This document shows, one piece after another, positions 1 to 13,609 of a DNA stretch of 64,000 nucleotides (position 1 is its first letter; the number at the start of each line of letters is the position of its first letter). The stretch is from Chrysemys picta bellii (taxonomy: Eukaryota): contig NC_088796.1 in NCBI RefSeq assembly GCF_011386835.1, positions 9,796,001-9,860,000 of the forward strand, written 5' to 3'. The notes beneath the pieces are model-generated. The model saw nothing but the letters and a program-made list of their open reading frames with translations, ran no database searches and was not told the DNA's origin. The position numbers were made by a program, and so were the translations under genes.

Positions 1-2621
1 TTCCCCAAGCCAGGCGTTACCTCAGATTCGTCGTGGGCAACGCCCATATACAGGCACAGGTAGAGGCTCAGGTGGTCTTCATTAGAAGGACCTTCCTCAA
101 GCTTGGCCTTCTGCTGAATGAGACCAAATCCACCCTATCTCCTATCCAGAGGATAGAATTTTTAGGGGCAGTTCTGGACTCGACACAAGCCAGAGCATAC
201 CTACCAGAGTCCAGGTTCCGGTCCTTGTCCGACGACATTCTCGGTCTCCAACGTTTCCTGACTACCACAGTGAGAAACTCAAGTTGATGAGTCCTATGGC
301 GGCATGCACCTATGTGGTGAGCCACGCCATGCTCAGGCTGCACCCTCTCCAGTCCTGTATACTGACCAGCCAGGGATGCGCTGGACTCTGTGATGACGCT
401 TCCCCGAATGGTGCTAGATTCCCTCCAGTGGTGGCTCGACCCGCGGGAGGTTTGCGCGGGACTACCCTTCGTCAGCCCCCAGCGATCCCTATCCTTGGTA
501 ACAGACGTGTCAGATCTGGGGTCGGGGGTGCATCTGGAGAATCTCAGGACCCAAGGCCTTTGATCCCCAAAGGACCTTTCCCTGCACATCAATGTCAGGG
601 AGCTACGGGTGGTGCATCTAGCCTGCCTGCCCTTCAAATCTCGCCTGGCGGGCAGGTGTGTTGCAGTCCTCACGGACAATACCTCGGCGATGTTCTATAT
701 TGACAAACGGGGGTGCACGCTCCTCTCCCCTGTGCTGGGAAGCCCTCGCGTTATGGGACTTTTGCCTACAGAACGCAATTCACCTGACGGCATTCTGCCT
801 CCCGGGTGTGCAGAACGGACTGGCGGATGCCCTCAGCCACTCGTTCCATGGTCACGAGTGGTCCCTTCGCCGAGATGTAGCACGCTCAATCTTCCATGTT
901 GACATTTCTGCTCCCTCATGGGGCGCAATCCAGGGTCTCTAACGGATGCCTTCCTCCTCTCGTGGGAAGGCGGCCTGCTCTATGCCTTCCCCCCGATTCC
1001 CATGGTTCACAGGGTACGCCTCAAGATCTGTAGGGATCACGCTCATGTCATCCTGATAGTGCCGGTATGGCCGCGCCAACACTGGTACACGTCGCTGCTG
1101 TACATGTCCACACGGGCGCCCCTCATGCTGCCCCTGCTCCCAGACGTGATCACACAGGATCAGGGCCACCTCCACCACCCGAACCTGGAGTCACTCCACC
1201 TCACAGCCTGGATGCTCCATGGCTAAACCCAGTGGAGATGCAGTGCTCGCAGCAGGTCAGGCAAGTCCTCGGTAGCAGAAAACCCTCCACCAAGGCCACA
1301 TACATGGCCAAGTGAAAACGCTTCTCCATCTGGGCCGAACAGCAGGGATAGACTCCGCTGCTCTCCCCGATCCCTCTCATCCTGGATTACTTTCTTCATT
1401 TGAGACAGCGAGGACTTTCCCTCTCTTTGGTTCGAGTCCACTTGGAGGCCATCTCAGCGTTCCACCCAGGAGCTGAAGGTGGTTCAGTTTTCGCAAACCC
1501 ATTGGTTTGTCGCTTCCTCAAGGGTCTAGATAGACTGTTCCCGCATGCTCAACAACCAGCCCTGGCTTGGGACCTCAATTTGGTCCTTTCCGCCCTCACG
1601 GGGCCCCCCTTTGAGCCCCTGGCTACATGCTGTCTGCTATATCTCTCATATAAGGTCGCATTCCTAGTGGCTATCACCTCGGCCAGGAGGGTGTCGGAAC
1701 TCAGATCACTGACGTCCGAGCCTCCATACACTGTCTTCCACAAAGACAAAGTCCAACTCAGGCCACACCCAGCGTTCCTTCCGAAGGTGGTCTCCTAATT
1801 CCACATCGCTCAAGACATTTTTCTCCCGATGTTCTATCCTAAGCCACACTCCGCCGGCACGGAGCGTAGGCTGCATTCCCTGGACGTTCGCAGGGCCCTG
1901 GTATTCTATATTGAAAGAACCAAACCGTTCAGGAAATCAACCCAACTCTGTGTTGCTGTGGCCGACAGGATGAAGGGACTCCCTGTCTCATCACAGCGTA
2001 TCTCCTCGTGGATCGTGGCCTGCATCCACGAATGCTACGGTCAGGCTAAGGTGCCTGCCCCACCGATCACGGCCCACTCCACAAGGGCACAGGCCTCCTC
2101 CATGACGTTCCTGGCTCAGGTCCCGACACAGGAAATATGCAGAGCTGCCACGTGGTCCTCAATCCACACATTTACGTCGCACTATGCCATCACTCACCAG
2201 GCCAGAGACAATGCAGCCTTCGGCCGTGCAGTGCTCCAATCCGCAGTGAACTCTGACCCCAACGCCTAAACTCAGGCTTGTGAGTCACCTGCTTGGAATG
2301 GACATGAACAATCACTTGAAGAAGAAAAAATGGTTACTCACCTTTTTGTAACTGTTGTTCTTCGAGATGTGGTGTTCATTTCCATTCCAATACCCACCTT
2401 CCTACCCCTCTGTCGGAGTGCCGGCAAGAAGGAACTGAGAGGGTTGAGGGTCGGCGGGCCCCTATATAGGGCGCCATGGAGGTGCTACTCCAGGGGGCAC
2501 CAAGGCCCACCCTACGGACGCTGCTAAGGGAAAATCTTCCGGCTGGCGTGCACACACCTGCTTGGAATGGACATGAACAACACATCTCGAAGAACAACAG
2601 TTACAAGAGGTGAGTAACCAT
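1..2621 (+). mobile_element. DIRS1-like tyrosine-recombinase retrotransposon, 3' part (RT end, RNase H, methyltransferase-like domain, YR, ICR, right ITR); degenerate
   Basis: ORF fragments: RT end KSTLSPIQRIEFLGAVLDS; RNase H LTDNTSAMFYI; MT-like DAFLLSW..LLYAFPP..VILIVPVWPRQHWY; YR KVAFLVAITSARRVSEL and AHSTRAQASS..ICRAATWSS. Stops and frameshifts present. 2330-2390 is an inverted copy of 2562-2621. Confidence 0.92.
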
Positions 2622-3073
2622 TTTTTTTTCATGATGGGACATTTAAATTTTGTCCATAAGTGTTTTGGCTACAGCTTTTGAAAATTGTTTGTTTGCCCAC
2701 ACAATGGGGCCCTCTAAGCACTCCCATAACAGATATATCCTAATAATATTGGTAAAAATTTCCATCCATTTTTTCTTCACTAAAATGCTAATGCTGATGA
2801 AGTTTTAAAAATTATACTTCTCTCTAAATTTGTCTCACAAACAGATGGAGTTTATCCTTCGGTCTCCTATTTCCTTCTATCTTCTCAACTTTGTAAAAAA
2901 TTAGCTAGAACAATTCCTTTCTATATTTTCTTTATGCCTTTTGTTGGTTATCCATTGAAAGTTTAATTGCTTTATTTTCTCTTGAATATGGAAAGTAGTA
3001 AATTCTGACAGAAGACACGTTCATTATAACTTGTGAGACATTTATTGTGCCTTTCAATTATGTTGCTATCCAG

Positions 3074-3145
3074 GATGGTGATGAGTCCTCTCCAATTTTA
3101 ACAAGCTCTGAGATTGTTAAGGTTCCAGATCCCCAGCTGTCTATG
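3074..3145 (+). CDS. PIK3C3: PIK3C3/VPS34 internal coding exon (~exon 7), [24 protein letters not shown]
   Basis: cag|GAT acceptor, ATG|gtgag donor; 72 nt, phase 0-0; translation matches the VPS34 C2/helical linker as I recall it. Confidence 0.95.
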
Positions 3146-3403
3146 GTGAGTAATTTTCTGTGCAACACAATCCAGATCATAACAAAACTTCATTGTGGGA
3201 TGCTGTGAAGTTCTTACAAGTGGCAGAGAAAAACTCTTGACAATTATATCTCCTATGGTCTCAAGTAAGTTTAATTGCAGCATCAAGTTGTGGCTACTGC
3301 CAGTGTGTTAAGTCTTAAGTAAATCTAGTCAAGAAATAGTAGTGAGATTTTTAAGTTATTGTCAGTTTGTTATTAGGATTGGTGGGATGGTCAAATATTT
3401 TTA

Positions 3404-6104
3404 GTTCTTCAAGTGTCCTCTGCATATTCCCATTCATGGGACTTGTGCTGACCGGTTCAGCAGGACCTTAGAATCTCCTGATAGCAGTGCCCGTTAGGAT
3501 GCCCCTGCGGCTTCACCCCCACCCTAGCACTTGAGCATACTCTGAGGGTGTGGGCATAAAAGGGGCATGGCTCTCATTGCTGCCTCAGTTCCTTCCACCC
3601 ACAGCAGTGACGTGAACCTGTCTCTGTTAGTGAACTATGAAAGTACGGGCCTAAGACTCCTCCATCACAAGTACCTATCTTTTTCTCTTAGTTCACCATT
3701 TCCAGTACAGAGTCTTACCCTTTGGCCTTTCCACTGCACCCAGAGTTTTTACAAAATGCCTGGCTCCGATAACAGTGTATTTGAGTTGGCAAGGAATTTT
3801 CATCTTCCCTTACTTAGTTGATTGGCTCCTGAAGGCTCCCTTTGAAGATTTAAGGAAGGCCATTCGGATTATTCGTTCTGTGTTCAGAATGTAGGTTTTT
3901 GGTTGACTGTGTCAAGACTGATGGTGTCCACAACATATGTGACTCTGTATGCCAGGCTCAGAATGAGGCATCTTCAGCACTGGATCCTAAAGAACTTCAA
4001 TCCCATTATGGACTGTATGCTAAAAGTACTCACTGTTCTGAGGAAAGTGTATCTTCCTCTAATGTGGTGGTTGAAACCACAGAATGTCCTCAAGGGAATT
4101 TTGTTCAACCCAGCTCCTTCTTCATTGTTAATAATTACAGATTCTACAAAGATAGTGTAGGGAGGGAGGGGGACAACTTTGCAATATGTTTATTTGAGGT
4201 CTTTGGACCTACAAAGAATCCCAATTACATATAAATGTACTGGCACTGAGGTCAATCCAAAGCGTTTCTTTCACAGGTGCGGAATGAGGTAATTGAAGTA
4301 GCTATGGGCAATGTGTTGGCAGTGTCTTATTTGAACGAACAAAGAGGCGCTCGGTTTTCTCAACTATGCAAAAAGGCAATAACACTTTTAGACTGATATA
4401 TCCAGTAAAATATATACCCAATTGCCCAACACAGTGTGATTGCAGATCAACTGAACAAAGATTTGTTGCAGATGCACAAATGGTCTCTAAAGAATTCTGT
4501 TACCCAGGATGTTTTCAGCCTTTGGGGATTTCTGGTCATTGGTCTCTTTGCGACAAGATTCAATTCAAAATGTCCCTGTTCTTTGCTCAAGAGCTGGCTC
4601 AGGCAGTCTGTCATTGAGGGATGCATTTGATATATGCATTGCTCCCATTTTCACTTCTCACCAGAGACTTAAAAAAGATAAGGCAGGATTGAGCCAGGGT
4701 AATTTTCATTGCTCCAGCAGGGCCAAGGCAACAGTGGTCCACCGAGTTAGTCCATTCATCCAACAGCAACTACAAGATGCTTCTGTTATCAACAGACCAG
4801 CTGTTATAGGTCTTCCATCCAGATCTCTGATTGTTACATCCACCAGCATGGGTAATATGCCTTTGATAGAGTCAGAAAGATCGTGTTCTGTTGAGGTGCA
4901 ACAAGATATAATTAATACCCGAAAGCTGTCAAATAGTTACAAGTCCAAGTGTAAAAGATTTGTTTTATGGACAACTGAAAGAAGCGTTGACCAATTTGAG
5001 CTCCCATACAACTTATTTTTGAATATTTGTTACACTTAAAAGTAATAGGGTTGTCTTTTCCCTCCAGTAAGGCCCATGTAGCGACAATAACAGTGCATCA
5101 TACTCATGTTAATGGAAAATCTATTTTCTCGTGTACATTAGTGAAAAGCTTTTAAAGAGGCCAATTCAACCTGGATCCCCTCAGTATGGAACCTGGTCCC
5201 ACCATGGAATTTGAATTTAGTTTTAACTCAACTCGTGGCTCACCCATTTGAACCTCTAGTGAGCTGCTCTTTGTTTGTCTCTCAGTGAGGACAGCTTTTA
5301 TAATAGCTATTACTTTCTGGTAGAAGATTAAGTGAACTGCATGCATTGATGGCAGACCCCTTATACCAGTTTTTAAAAAGACAAAGTGGTTCTTAGACTG
5401 GCTCCTAAATTCCTTCCTAAGGTGATTTTGGAGTTTTGTGTAAATCAAACTATCAGTCTACCAATATTCTTTCCAAAGCCTCATTTAGGTAAAGGGAAGG
5501 CTAGATTACATTCATTAGCTGCTAAGAGAGCACTAGCATGTTACCTGGATAGAATATTTTTCCCTTATTGATGCATGCAAAGCTGCTGCTTGAAGGTTGG
5601 TTCACGCTTTTGCAAAACATTATGCATTGGATCTCACATCCAGGGCTGATACTCCATTTGGTAGAGCGGTACTCCAGTCTTTAACTACAACTTCTCACCC
5701 CTCTAGCCAATTTACTGTACTGCTTGCTAAACTATCCCATGAGTGGAAATATGCAGAGGACACGTGGCGAAGTGAAGTTAGGTTACTTGTAACCGGAGTT
5801 CTTCGAGATGAACTCTGCATGTTCGTGCTCCCTGCATATCTTCCCCATTCCTGCGGAGTCCAAATTTCAATATCTTGGTGTTCTGCTTTAGCAGTGGAAG
5901 AGACTGAGGTAGCAACTGCTGTCATAACCCTTTTATACCCACAACCTCAGAACATAATAGAGCGAGGGGTTGGGGGGTGGCACATGGGCACCCTGATAGA
6001 ACCTTCTGGGAGTCGTGCCTATTATCCTGCTACACTGGTTGGCATAAGTCCCATGAATGTGAATATGCAGAATCCAACTTGACAAAGTCCAGTTACAAGT
6101 AACC
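3404..6104 (+). mobile_element. Internally deleted DIRS1-like element with both termini
   Basis: Left end 3404-3441 is complementary to ICR 5735-5772; 5781-5824 is complementary to right end 6061-6104. Decayed RT (QYRVLPFGLSTAPRVFTKC, FPYLVDWLL), RNase H and YR (AITSGRRLSELHAL, PKFLPKV, AFAKHYALD). Confidence 0.85.
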
Positions 6105-7082
6105 AACCTTCATTTATTTGGGGCGGGGAGGGAGTTACACTATTAACACTTCTGTGGTAAGGGAAGGGGAGGCAATTTGGAGACAGGTGAGAAAGGAGGG
6201 TGATTGTTACCTTAGTAAAGGAGATAGGTAGGTGGAGATATAAGGCAAGAGGGAGCAGGGGGGGGGGGGGGGGAATATTGAAACTAAGGAGAGGCAAGTT
6301 AAATATTGCCCCAGGTACTTTGCTTATGTGAAATCCCTTTCTTACTCCACTTCCTTCTGTTGTCCTGGTTGTATTTATTGCCTAAATACAGTTCTAGAAA
6401 ACAATTCCATTATTGTGAATGCCAGTTCAGCTGAGTGGGTATTAGCAACTTCAGGAGCCCTCGTGTAGATGGGGCTTCTACTGATGACACCATTGTCAGC
6501 ACCATGCCATCTAACACTGCTGTCAGGTAGTCCAGTTGACACAGTGCTGAAAATGGTGTTGGCAGCTGAAATCTTGTTCACACTGTTGCTTCTACTGTTG
6601 CTATTATGGCTTCAGCTGAACCAGTATTAACAATAAACTCTGGAGGAAAAAACATCTAATATACGCAGAGCCTTTAGACTGTAAAGGATGGTGTTTGGCC
6701 ATAGATCTTTAGGATGGTGCTTGGCCATAAAGTGTTTAGCATCTTTAGTGCCTTAGCATGTTTAGGTGCTGTGTAAATAACTTTCATTTTGAACAAATGC
6801 CTTGATGACAGCCTTTCACCCAAAGGTGAGAAACAGTTATAAAACTGCATTTTAAGTCTAAAGTGATGGTATTGTTTGTGGAATAAGACGGCTCACTGTG
6901 GAAAGTGCATGCACTTTAAGCAGTGAATCCAGAAGACAGAGTAGTTTTTAGATATGAATACTTAAGCATGTAATACATTATTCAGAATGTTGGTGAGTCT
7001 CTGCTAGACAGTTGCATTTCAAGACTATTTCCAGTGGAGTTAAATATTTATAACCGCTGACTTTTCTTTTGTGTATTTTTAG

Positions 7083-7196
<114 letters not shown>

Positions 7197-7755
7197 TAAC
7201 TTTCATTTGAGTCTTTGGTGTCTGTAAGTATACAGATTCAGTTTTGCTAAATGACTTTATTCAATGTCTGTCGCCAAGTTTGAAGGGAATACAATAGATG
7301 ATATGTGATTTCTCGTTAATGTGAAATCATGTGTTGTCAATAAGAGAACTCACTTGGAGGTGGGTGGTTGTCTGGCCCAGCTCATGAACGCCAAAGTCAT
7401 TCCCATCTGGTTACTTTGAGATGAGTTAGCCTTACTACACTCCTGAGTGCAAAGGAATCCACATCACAAATACTAATTGGCATTTTTGGTAGTCTCAGCA
7501 GCAGGGCCAAGGACTGATAGGTCTATGAATCCCCTGACCTCTATGGGTGGTTCATCTAAGATCAGGGTTGAAGAACATCACTTGTGTAGTATGGGGAAAA
7601 TGTCAATTCTGTTCTGCTTGTGGATAGACAAAGGTCTTCATTCTACTATGTGGTCAGTATGGCACATGAGACACACACTAAATTCTCTCAACTTCTTTAA
7701 AAGATCAATATGTATAATGTTTATTACAAATTATTCTCTGGAAAATTTTTTATAG

Positions 7756-7875
<120 letters not shown>

Positions 7876-8685
7876 TGATCACTGTACATTATTATTGAGT
7901 AATTTATCTTTCTGTTTCATTAGTGTGACTGCCTTTTTAAGTGTCTGCCTCTTCAGAGTTGTGAATCTCTGAGCTGACAAAGTATATTTAGTCGAGATAT
8001 TTTTCACAATGGAACATCTATGCTGGTAAAGACTAGTGACCATATTTTTAAAATCCTATTGGCAAATACTTTTAAAACTTGTAGCTCAAAATCTCTAGTG
8101 AGTTCCTTTAAAATGCTCTTCTGCCAAGCCTGCCAGGATTAATCCACCAAAGACAATTGGTGTTAACTTCTGCAAATATAGCACAAATTACAAGCTGCAT
8201 GCCTTCTAGATAATAGGCTAGGTTATTGGAAAGTGAATTAGAACTAGATGGTCAAATAATACCAAAAAATAAAAATAAAAAGTGTATTGTTCAGTGATTA
8301 TTTAATGAATAGTATTGCACTTACCTTACGTGAGGCCCCAGAAAATTGTAGCTGGACTGAGTTAAAATAGGTAACAGGTTAAAATGACGAGTTATTTTAG
8401 TGGTAGGTATTCAGCTATAAACCAGGCTGAAGCTGTAGTCTTAACTTCTTTATATTTTTGGGTGACCTCTAGCAAAGGATCTAAATTTCTGATTCAGCAA
8501 CGCATTTAAGTATGTGCTTTGTTGAGCTCTCTTCTCTCCATTCAGCTCCATACATTGCATAATCCTTAACACCTTGTTGCCAGTGCTTTGAGTCTGGCCA
8601 GTATTCTGTTAAAGACTCCTGATGTGACAAGATTGTTTCAAAAGAAAAAAAAAAAATAGAGTTGTCCTTGGGTTGCCAAATCTCT

Positions 8686-9010
8686 CTAAAAAGAACAGGT
8701 GTACTTGTGGCACCTTAGAGACTAACGAATTTATTTGAGCATAAGCTTTCGTGGGCTACAGCCTACTTCATTGGATGCATAGAATGGAACACACAGAAGA
8801 TATTTATACATACAGAGAACATGAAAAGGTGGGCGTAGCCATACCAGCTGTATGTATAAATATCTTCTTTCTGTGTGTTCCATTCTATGCATCTGATGAA
8901 GTGGGCTGCAGCCCACGAAAGCTTATGCTCAAATAAATTCGTTAGTCTCTAAGGTGCCACAAGTACTCCTGTTCTTTTTGCAGATACAGACTAACACTGC
9001 TACTCTGAAA
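8686..9010. mobile_element. Penelope pseudo-LTR fold-back insertion (family A)
   Basis: Inverted arms 8688-8815 / 8848-8979; tail gatacagactaacac..tactctgaaa; direct repeat caaatctct at 8677-8685 and 9011-9019. Confidence 0.8.
8889..8928 (+). ncRNA. Putative minimal type-I hammerhead ribozyme
   Basis: GCAT-CTGATGA-A-GTGGGC(TGCA)GCCCAC-GAAA-GCTT-ATGC; stem I GCAT/ATGC; palindromic stem III AAGCTT. Confidence 0.75.
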
Positions 9011-9294
9011 CAAATCTCTGTAGCTGCCTTGCTGGTTGCTGCCACCCGACACCATCATTTTTCCTTGGGAGTGGGCATTTTGTATAATAAGAGACAGTTG
9101 ATTGAGTCAACATTGTCTCATTGAAGTATTTCCCACAGGCCTATGGGGAAAAGGTGTCCCAGAGATCATGGGATTACTTCTAGAGAAGCTTGCGTGTGAT
9201 GGCTTGGGGGGAAACTGATACTTCGGAGGTGACACTGCAAACTGATTGTGTACTGTTATCAAGAGCTACCAGAACTAAGTTCCCTCTTTGTGCC

Positions 9295-9945
9295 TATAGA
9301 GGAGCAGACTCCTGCTGGTCGTCTCCGGGAATTAGCTCTTCCAGCGTCCTGGAGCTCCCCCTGCAGGCCGGTGGTCCACTTGTCCTCTGGCCCCCGTGTC
9401 CCTCCTGGATCCCTGTGCCCTTTTATCTGGGGTGCTGCCCCCTGGCAGTACACCCCTCAGTACTAGGGTCTCCCCTCCCTGGGGAACCCCCACCCACTAT
9501 CCCTACCTCGCCTCAGAATAAGGCACTGCCAGTCACCAACTACCCCCCCCCGCTCCCTGGGGCAGACTGCAGTATAGGCCACTCATCACAGGCAAGGTTG
9601 GGTTTGGACCTGCTGCCTTGGCCTACCCCTGGGCTGCCCTCTGCAACCCCCAGTACCCCTTGGCGTCCTACTAGGCCGCAGCCTGGGGCTTTCCAGGCTG
9701 GAGCTCCCCAGCTCCTCAGCCTGTCCCCAGCCCTGCTCCACTCAGGTACGCTGTTTCTAGCTCGCTGCAGAGAGAGACTGCCTGGCCTCTGGCTCACAGC
9801 CTTTTTATATAGGGCCAGCTGAGGCTTGATTGGGGTTGGCCCAGCCACTTCCCAATCAGCCCAGCTTAGCAGCTCCCAGCCACAACCTTCCCCCAGGGCT
9901 GTTTTAAGCCCTTCAGGGAAGGAGCGGGGTAACCACCCCGTTACA
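9295..9945 (-). mobile_element. Solo LTR (Gypsy/ERV-type), 651 bp
   Basis: Minus strand begins TGTAAC and ends ..TATA (decayed CA end); 5-bp TSD gtgcc at 9290-9294 and 9946-9950; minus-strand TATA box ctatataaaaagg near 9800-9812. Confidence 0.8.
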
Positions 9946-10029
9946 GTGCCTTAAGCAAAGGGTACAATCTAGCACTCAATGTGATCTGGAACATAGGGAG
10001 ATTAAGTGGCTGAAAAAGAACAGCCTAAG

Positions 10030-10335
10030 TAGGGCTGTTAAGCAATTAAAACAATTTATAATGATTAATCATGCAATTAAAAAAATTAATTGCACGATTA
10101 ATCATGCTGTTAAACAATAGAATACCAATTTAAATATTTTGAGATGTTTTCTACATTTTCAAATATATTGATTTCAATTACAATGCAGAATACAAAGTGT
10201 ACAGTGCTCACTTTATTTTTGATTACAAATATTAGCACTGTAAAAAACAAAAGAAATAGTATTTTTCAATTCACCTAATACAAGTACTCTAGTGCAATCT
10301 CTTTATCATGAAAGTTGAACTTACAAATGTAAGAA
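10030..10335 (+). mobile_element. Truncated hAT-like non-autonomous DNA element fragment
   Basis: Begins tagggctgttaagcaattaa with attaatc-type subterminal repeats; no right TIR found. Confidence 0.55.
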
Positions 10336-10399
10336 TAAATTGTGAATTTGAGATTGCTGCTACAGAAGATGTCATTCTCTTGCACTGTAGCACTTTAAT

Positions 10400-10585
10400 C
10401 TAACTTCAGAGGGCCCTACAAAAATTGAAGAATTAATCTTCACAACACCCCCACAAGGTAGGTGAGAAGTATCACCCATTTTATAGATGTGGGGGCGATA
10501 ATGCATAGTGAGATTAAGTGCCTTGGTCAATATCATGCAGCAAGTCAGTAGCATAACTGGGAATAGAACACAGATCTGATTCACA
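10400..10585 (-). mobile_element. Old CORE/MIR-like SINE
   Basis: cacaacaccc...cccattttatagatg...gattaagtgccttggtcaatatcatgcagcaagtcag resembles the reverse-complemented CORE-SINE body. Confidence 0.55.
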
Positions 10586-10796
10586 CTGGTGCATGGTCAC
10601 ACAAGTTTAGTTGCCCAGAATATTGCCATTCACTTCAATTGGATTCCCTCCGTTTATGCTAATATAATTGCAATAAGAATCTGTCCCCATGTCTTGTCTT
10701 GACTTAAACTAAAATATGTAACTCTTTAAATATTCCAGTTCATTGATTTCTGTAATTGCTTAGGAATAGTTAGTTTTTCTAATTTTCTTTGTTTAG

Positions 10797-11117
<321 letters not shown>

Positions 11118-12418
11118 TAGCAAGGTAATTATGAAAGATAATAAAAGGTTGACTGTGAAGCTGTTCAATGTAAGTTTCCATTTTTAGAGAGACTAAAACT
11201 TCTAGCTTTATTAAGCAAAACTTCTCACAATGCAAATCAATACTCTGTATTAGATGTCTTCAGCCATGCAGACTGAAACCATCATACTTTCTCCCCACAA
11301 CCCAAGAGATCAGTTTTGATGCTAACCTGTTCACTTCAAAATTAACTGCTCCATTATTGAATAGTATACCAGATACTTCTAGCAATCTATTTTGTAAATA
11401 GCAGGTGTGTCCTGACATTGCATTCCTTTGAGGAAGAAGGTGCAGAAAGATATTCTGTTAGCTAGAAATGAGATAAAACATTTGAGATAGAGGGGGATTT
11501 CTTTTTGAAAACCCATGTAAAAACACTCATTAAGTGGTGGAAACTTAATGGAATCTAATCTTTTATCTAAGTTTTAATATGCATATTACATCTGCCTCCT
11601 GTTTTTATGATAGGGAATTTTATGCACTCATGATTGTGCCTTCTGGATGCATAACACATTTTCTTAAAAGCAGCCCATAAAACTGATCAGCTCACAATAG
11701 GGAACACTAATTGCCCCCTAGTTAGCACCCCACCCACAGTAAAACTGACTCCCTCAGTAATACCCCCATTAATATTCTTGACCAAAAAGACATTCCTTGC
11801 ACCATGCATTGGAGATCACTGAACAGGTTCTGGTAGACCATCAGAGGGGGGAAATTCCTTAGGAAATAATTAATTAAAAACCCTGTCTTAAGAATTCAAA
11901 TCTAGGGACTGTTATATTGCTTTGTTGGTTTTAGCTTTTATGATGCATAAGGGAAGAAGCAGCATTAGATAGCCAAGTCCCAGGCTCTGTCCAACTTTTA
12001 CAGATGGAAGTCAAACACATTAAAGCGAATAGTTTAATCAATTTTCATTAAATAAGACCAACATGGCTACATTAAACGGATAGTGGAAGTTGATTACAAT
12101 AAGGTATGAGGAAGACTAACATTAGCCACTCTAAAACAGAAATATACACCCTGAGATGTGTATTTAAATTGCTATTATGGCTTTTTAATAATGAAAAAAA
12201 ATGCAAGATATAGAAACCGCCTGTGTGCCAAGTTATATTCATGACCATTCTTTCTACCCTCCACTAGCCATGACTCAGTTCCTGCTTCCATTTCTTTACT
12301 GATCACTAAACCCTGATTTAGGCTTGTGAATAAATGGTGTAATTCTCAAAAGTGCTGAACATCCAACAGCTCATCTCTGTGTATCTATTTTTTTTCCTCT
12401 GTGTTATCTCTTTCCAAG

Positions 12419-12573
12419 GATTTGTTGATGTACCTGTTGCAGTTGGTCCAGGCCTTGAAATATGAAAATTTTGATGACATAAAGAATGGATTAGAGCCAA
12501 ATAAGAGGGACAGTCAGGGTTCAATGTCCGAGAGTATGGCAGCATCAGGAACGAATGCTGCAGAAATAGACAG
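12419..12573 (+). CDS. PIK3C3: PIK3C3 exon (~11), [27 protein letters not shown]...AEID(S)
   Basis: aag|GAT, AG|gtaag; 155 nt, phase 0-2. Confidence 0.96.
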
Positions 12574-13609
12574 GTAAGGGACTTTTGTTTTGAGAAGGGA
12601 AGAAACAAGGAATATTGGCATCAGAAGTAAAATACTGATTCTCTCTTGCAGGCATGCTCCAGTTTTGTCACTAGCATATACTAAGTTTTATATTGCAAGG
12701 TTGCTACTCTTGCTTTATTTATGAGACCTTCATGATGTTTCCAGTCACTACCATGTTGAAGACTTAAAGCTCTGAGGGTGCTATGGGGTCTCTTTGGTTG
12801 AAAGTCTCATAGTGCCATTCCTGAGACATTAAAGTAATTGTTGGGTTCTTTGACTTTAAATACATCTAGCTAGTAATTGAACTTGGTGAGAATTTTTGGT
12901 AGAAAGTTTTTTTTGGAAATAGGTTGGGTTTGCTTAAAATATGTATGTGTCTGGCTAGCAAGAACCCAGTCATCTGAGGGTATCTAGCACAAAACTTTGT
13001 GTTGTGATGATACTTGGTCTAAAAATGTAAGTTTGCAAAGGTCCTGGATACTTATTTTTTATGAAAACAGAAATAGAAGGCAAGGAAGTACTGAGGCCTG
13101 TGAATGCCTGTTCCCTGCAATACAGGAAAATTACTGTGTGATTATTCATCACCTATGATATTTTCTCAGTCCTTCACAGAAGGACAGCCTCCGTTGTCCG
13201 GGATCCCTACCTATTTGCCCTAGAGGAAAAGCCTTTCTTTAAATATATCATCCACCAAGATTTTCACTCCTGCATTTCAACTCCTTAGTATGACACACAC
13301 AGAAACTCCCTAAGCTCCTGAAGTACTTTAGTCATTAGAGCAGTAGTATTGGGTGGAGCATGAGGTAGTCCCATTGCCAGCAGTCATGCACAAACCTCTA
13401 AGTTTAAATCCTGCACATTAAATCTTCCAATTGATTCCATCTTGACTGTAGTTGCCAAAGCAGGTCCCCACAGGTGTGCTTGTCCAGTTGCTGCTCCAAT
13501 CCTTATATCTGAACTGATATAAAGCATTGTCAAGTATCCTTCTCGGTGTTCCTGCCCTTCCAGCCAGATTCAAGTTGTTAAATGCTTAAGCCCAATTCTC
13601 TTGGAGTTA

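Noticed and set aside
1218-2269. Tyrosine recombinase as phage integrase or bacterial contamination
   Set aside because: Embedded in DIRS RT/RH/ICR/ITR architecture within a spliced vertebrate gene
9190-9822. 210-aa ORF
   Set aside because: Lies mostly within a GC-rich solo LTR; no recognisable domain
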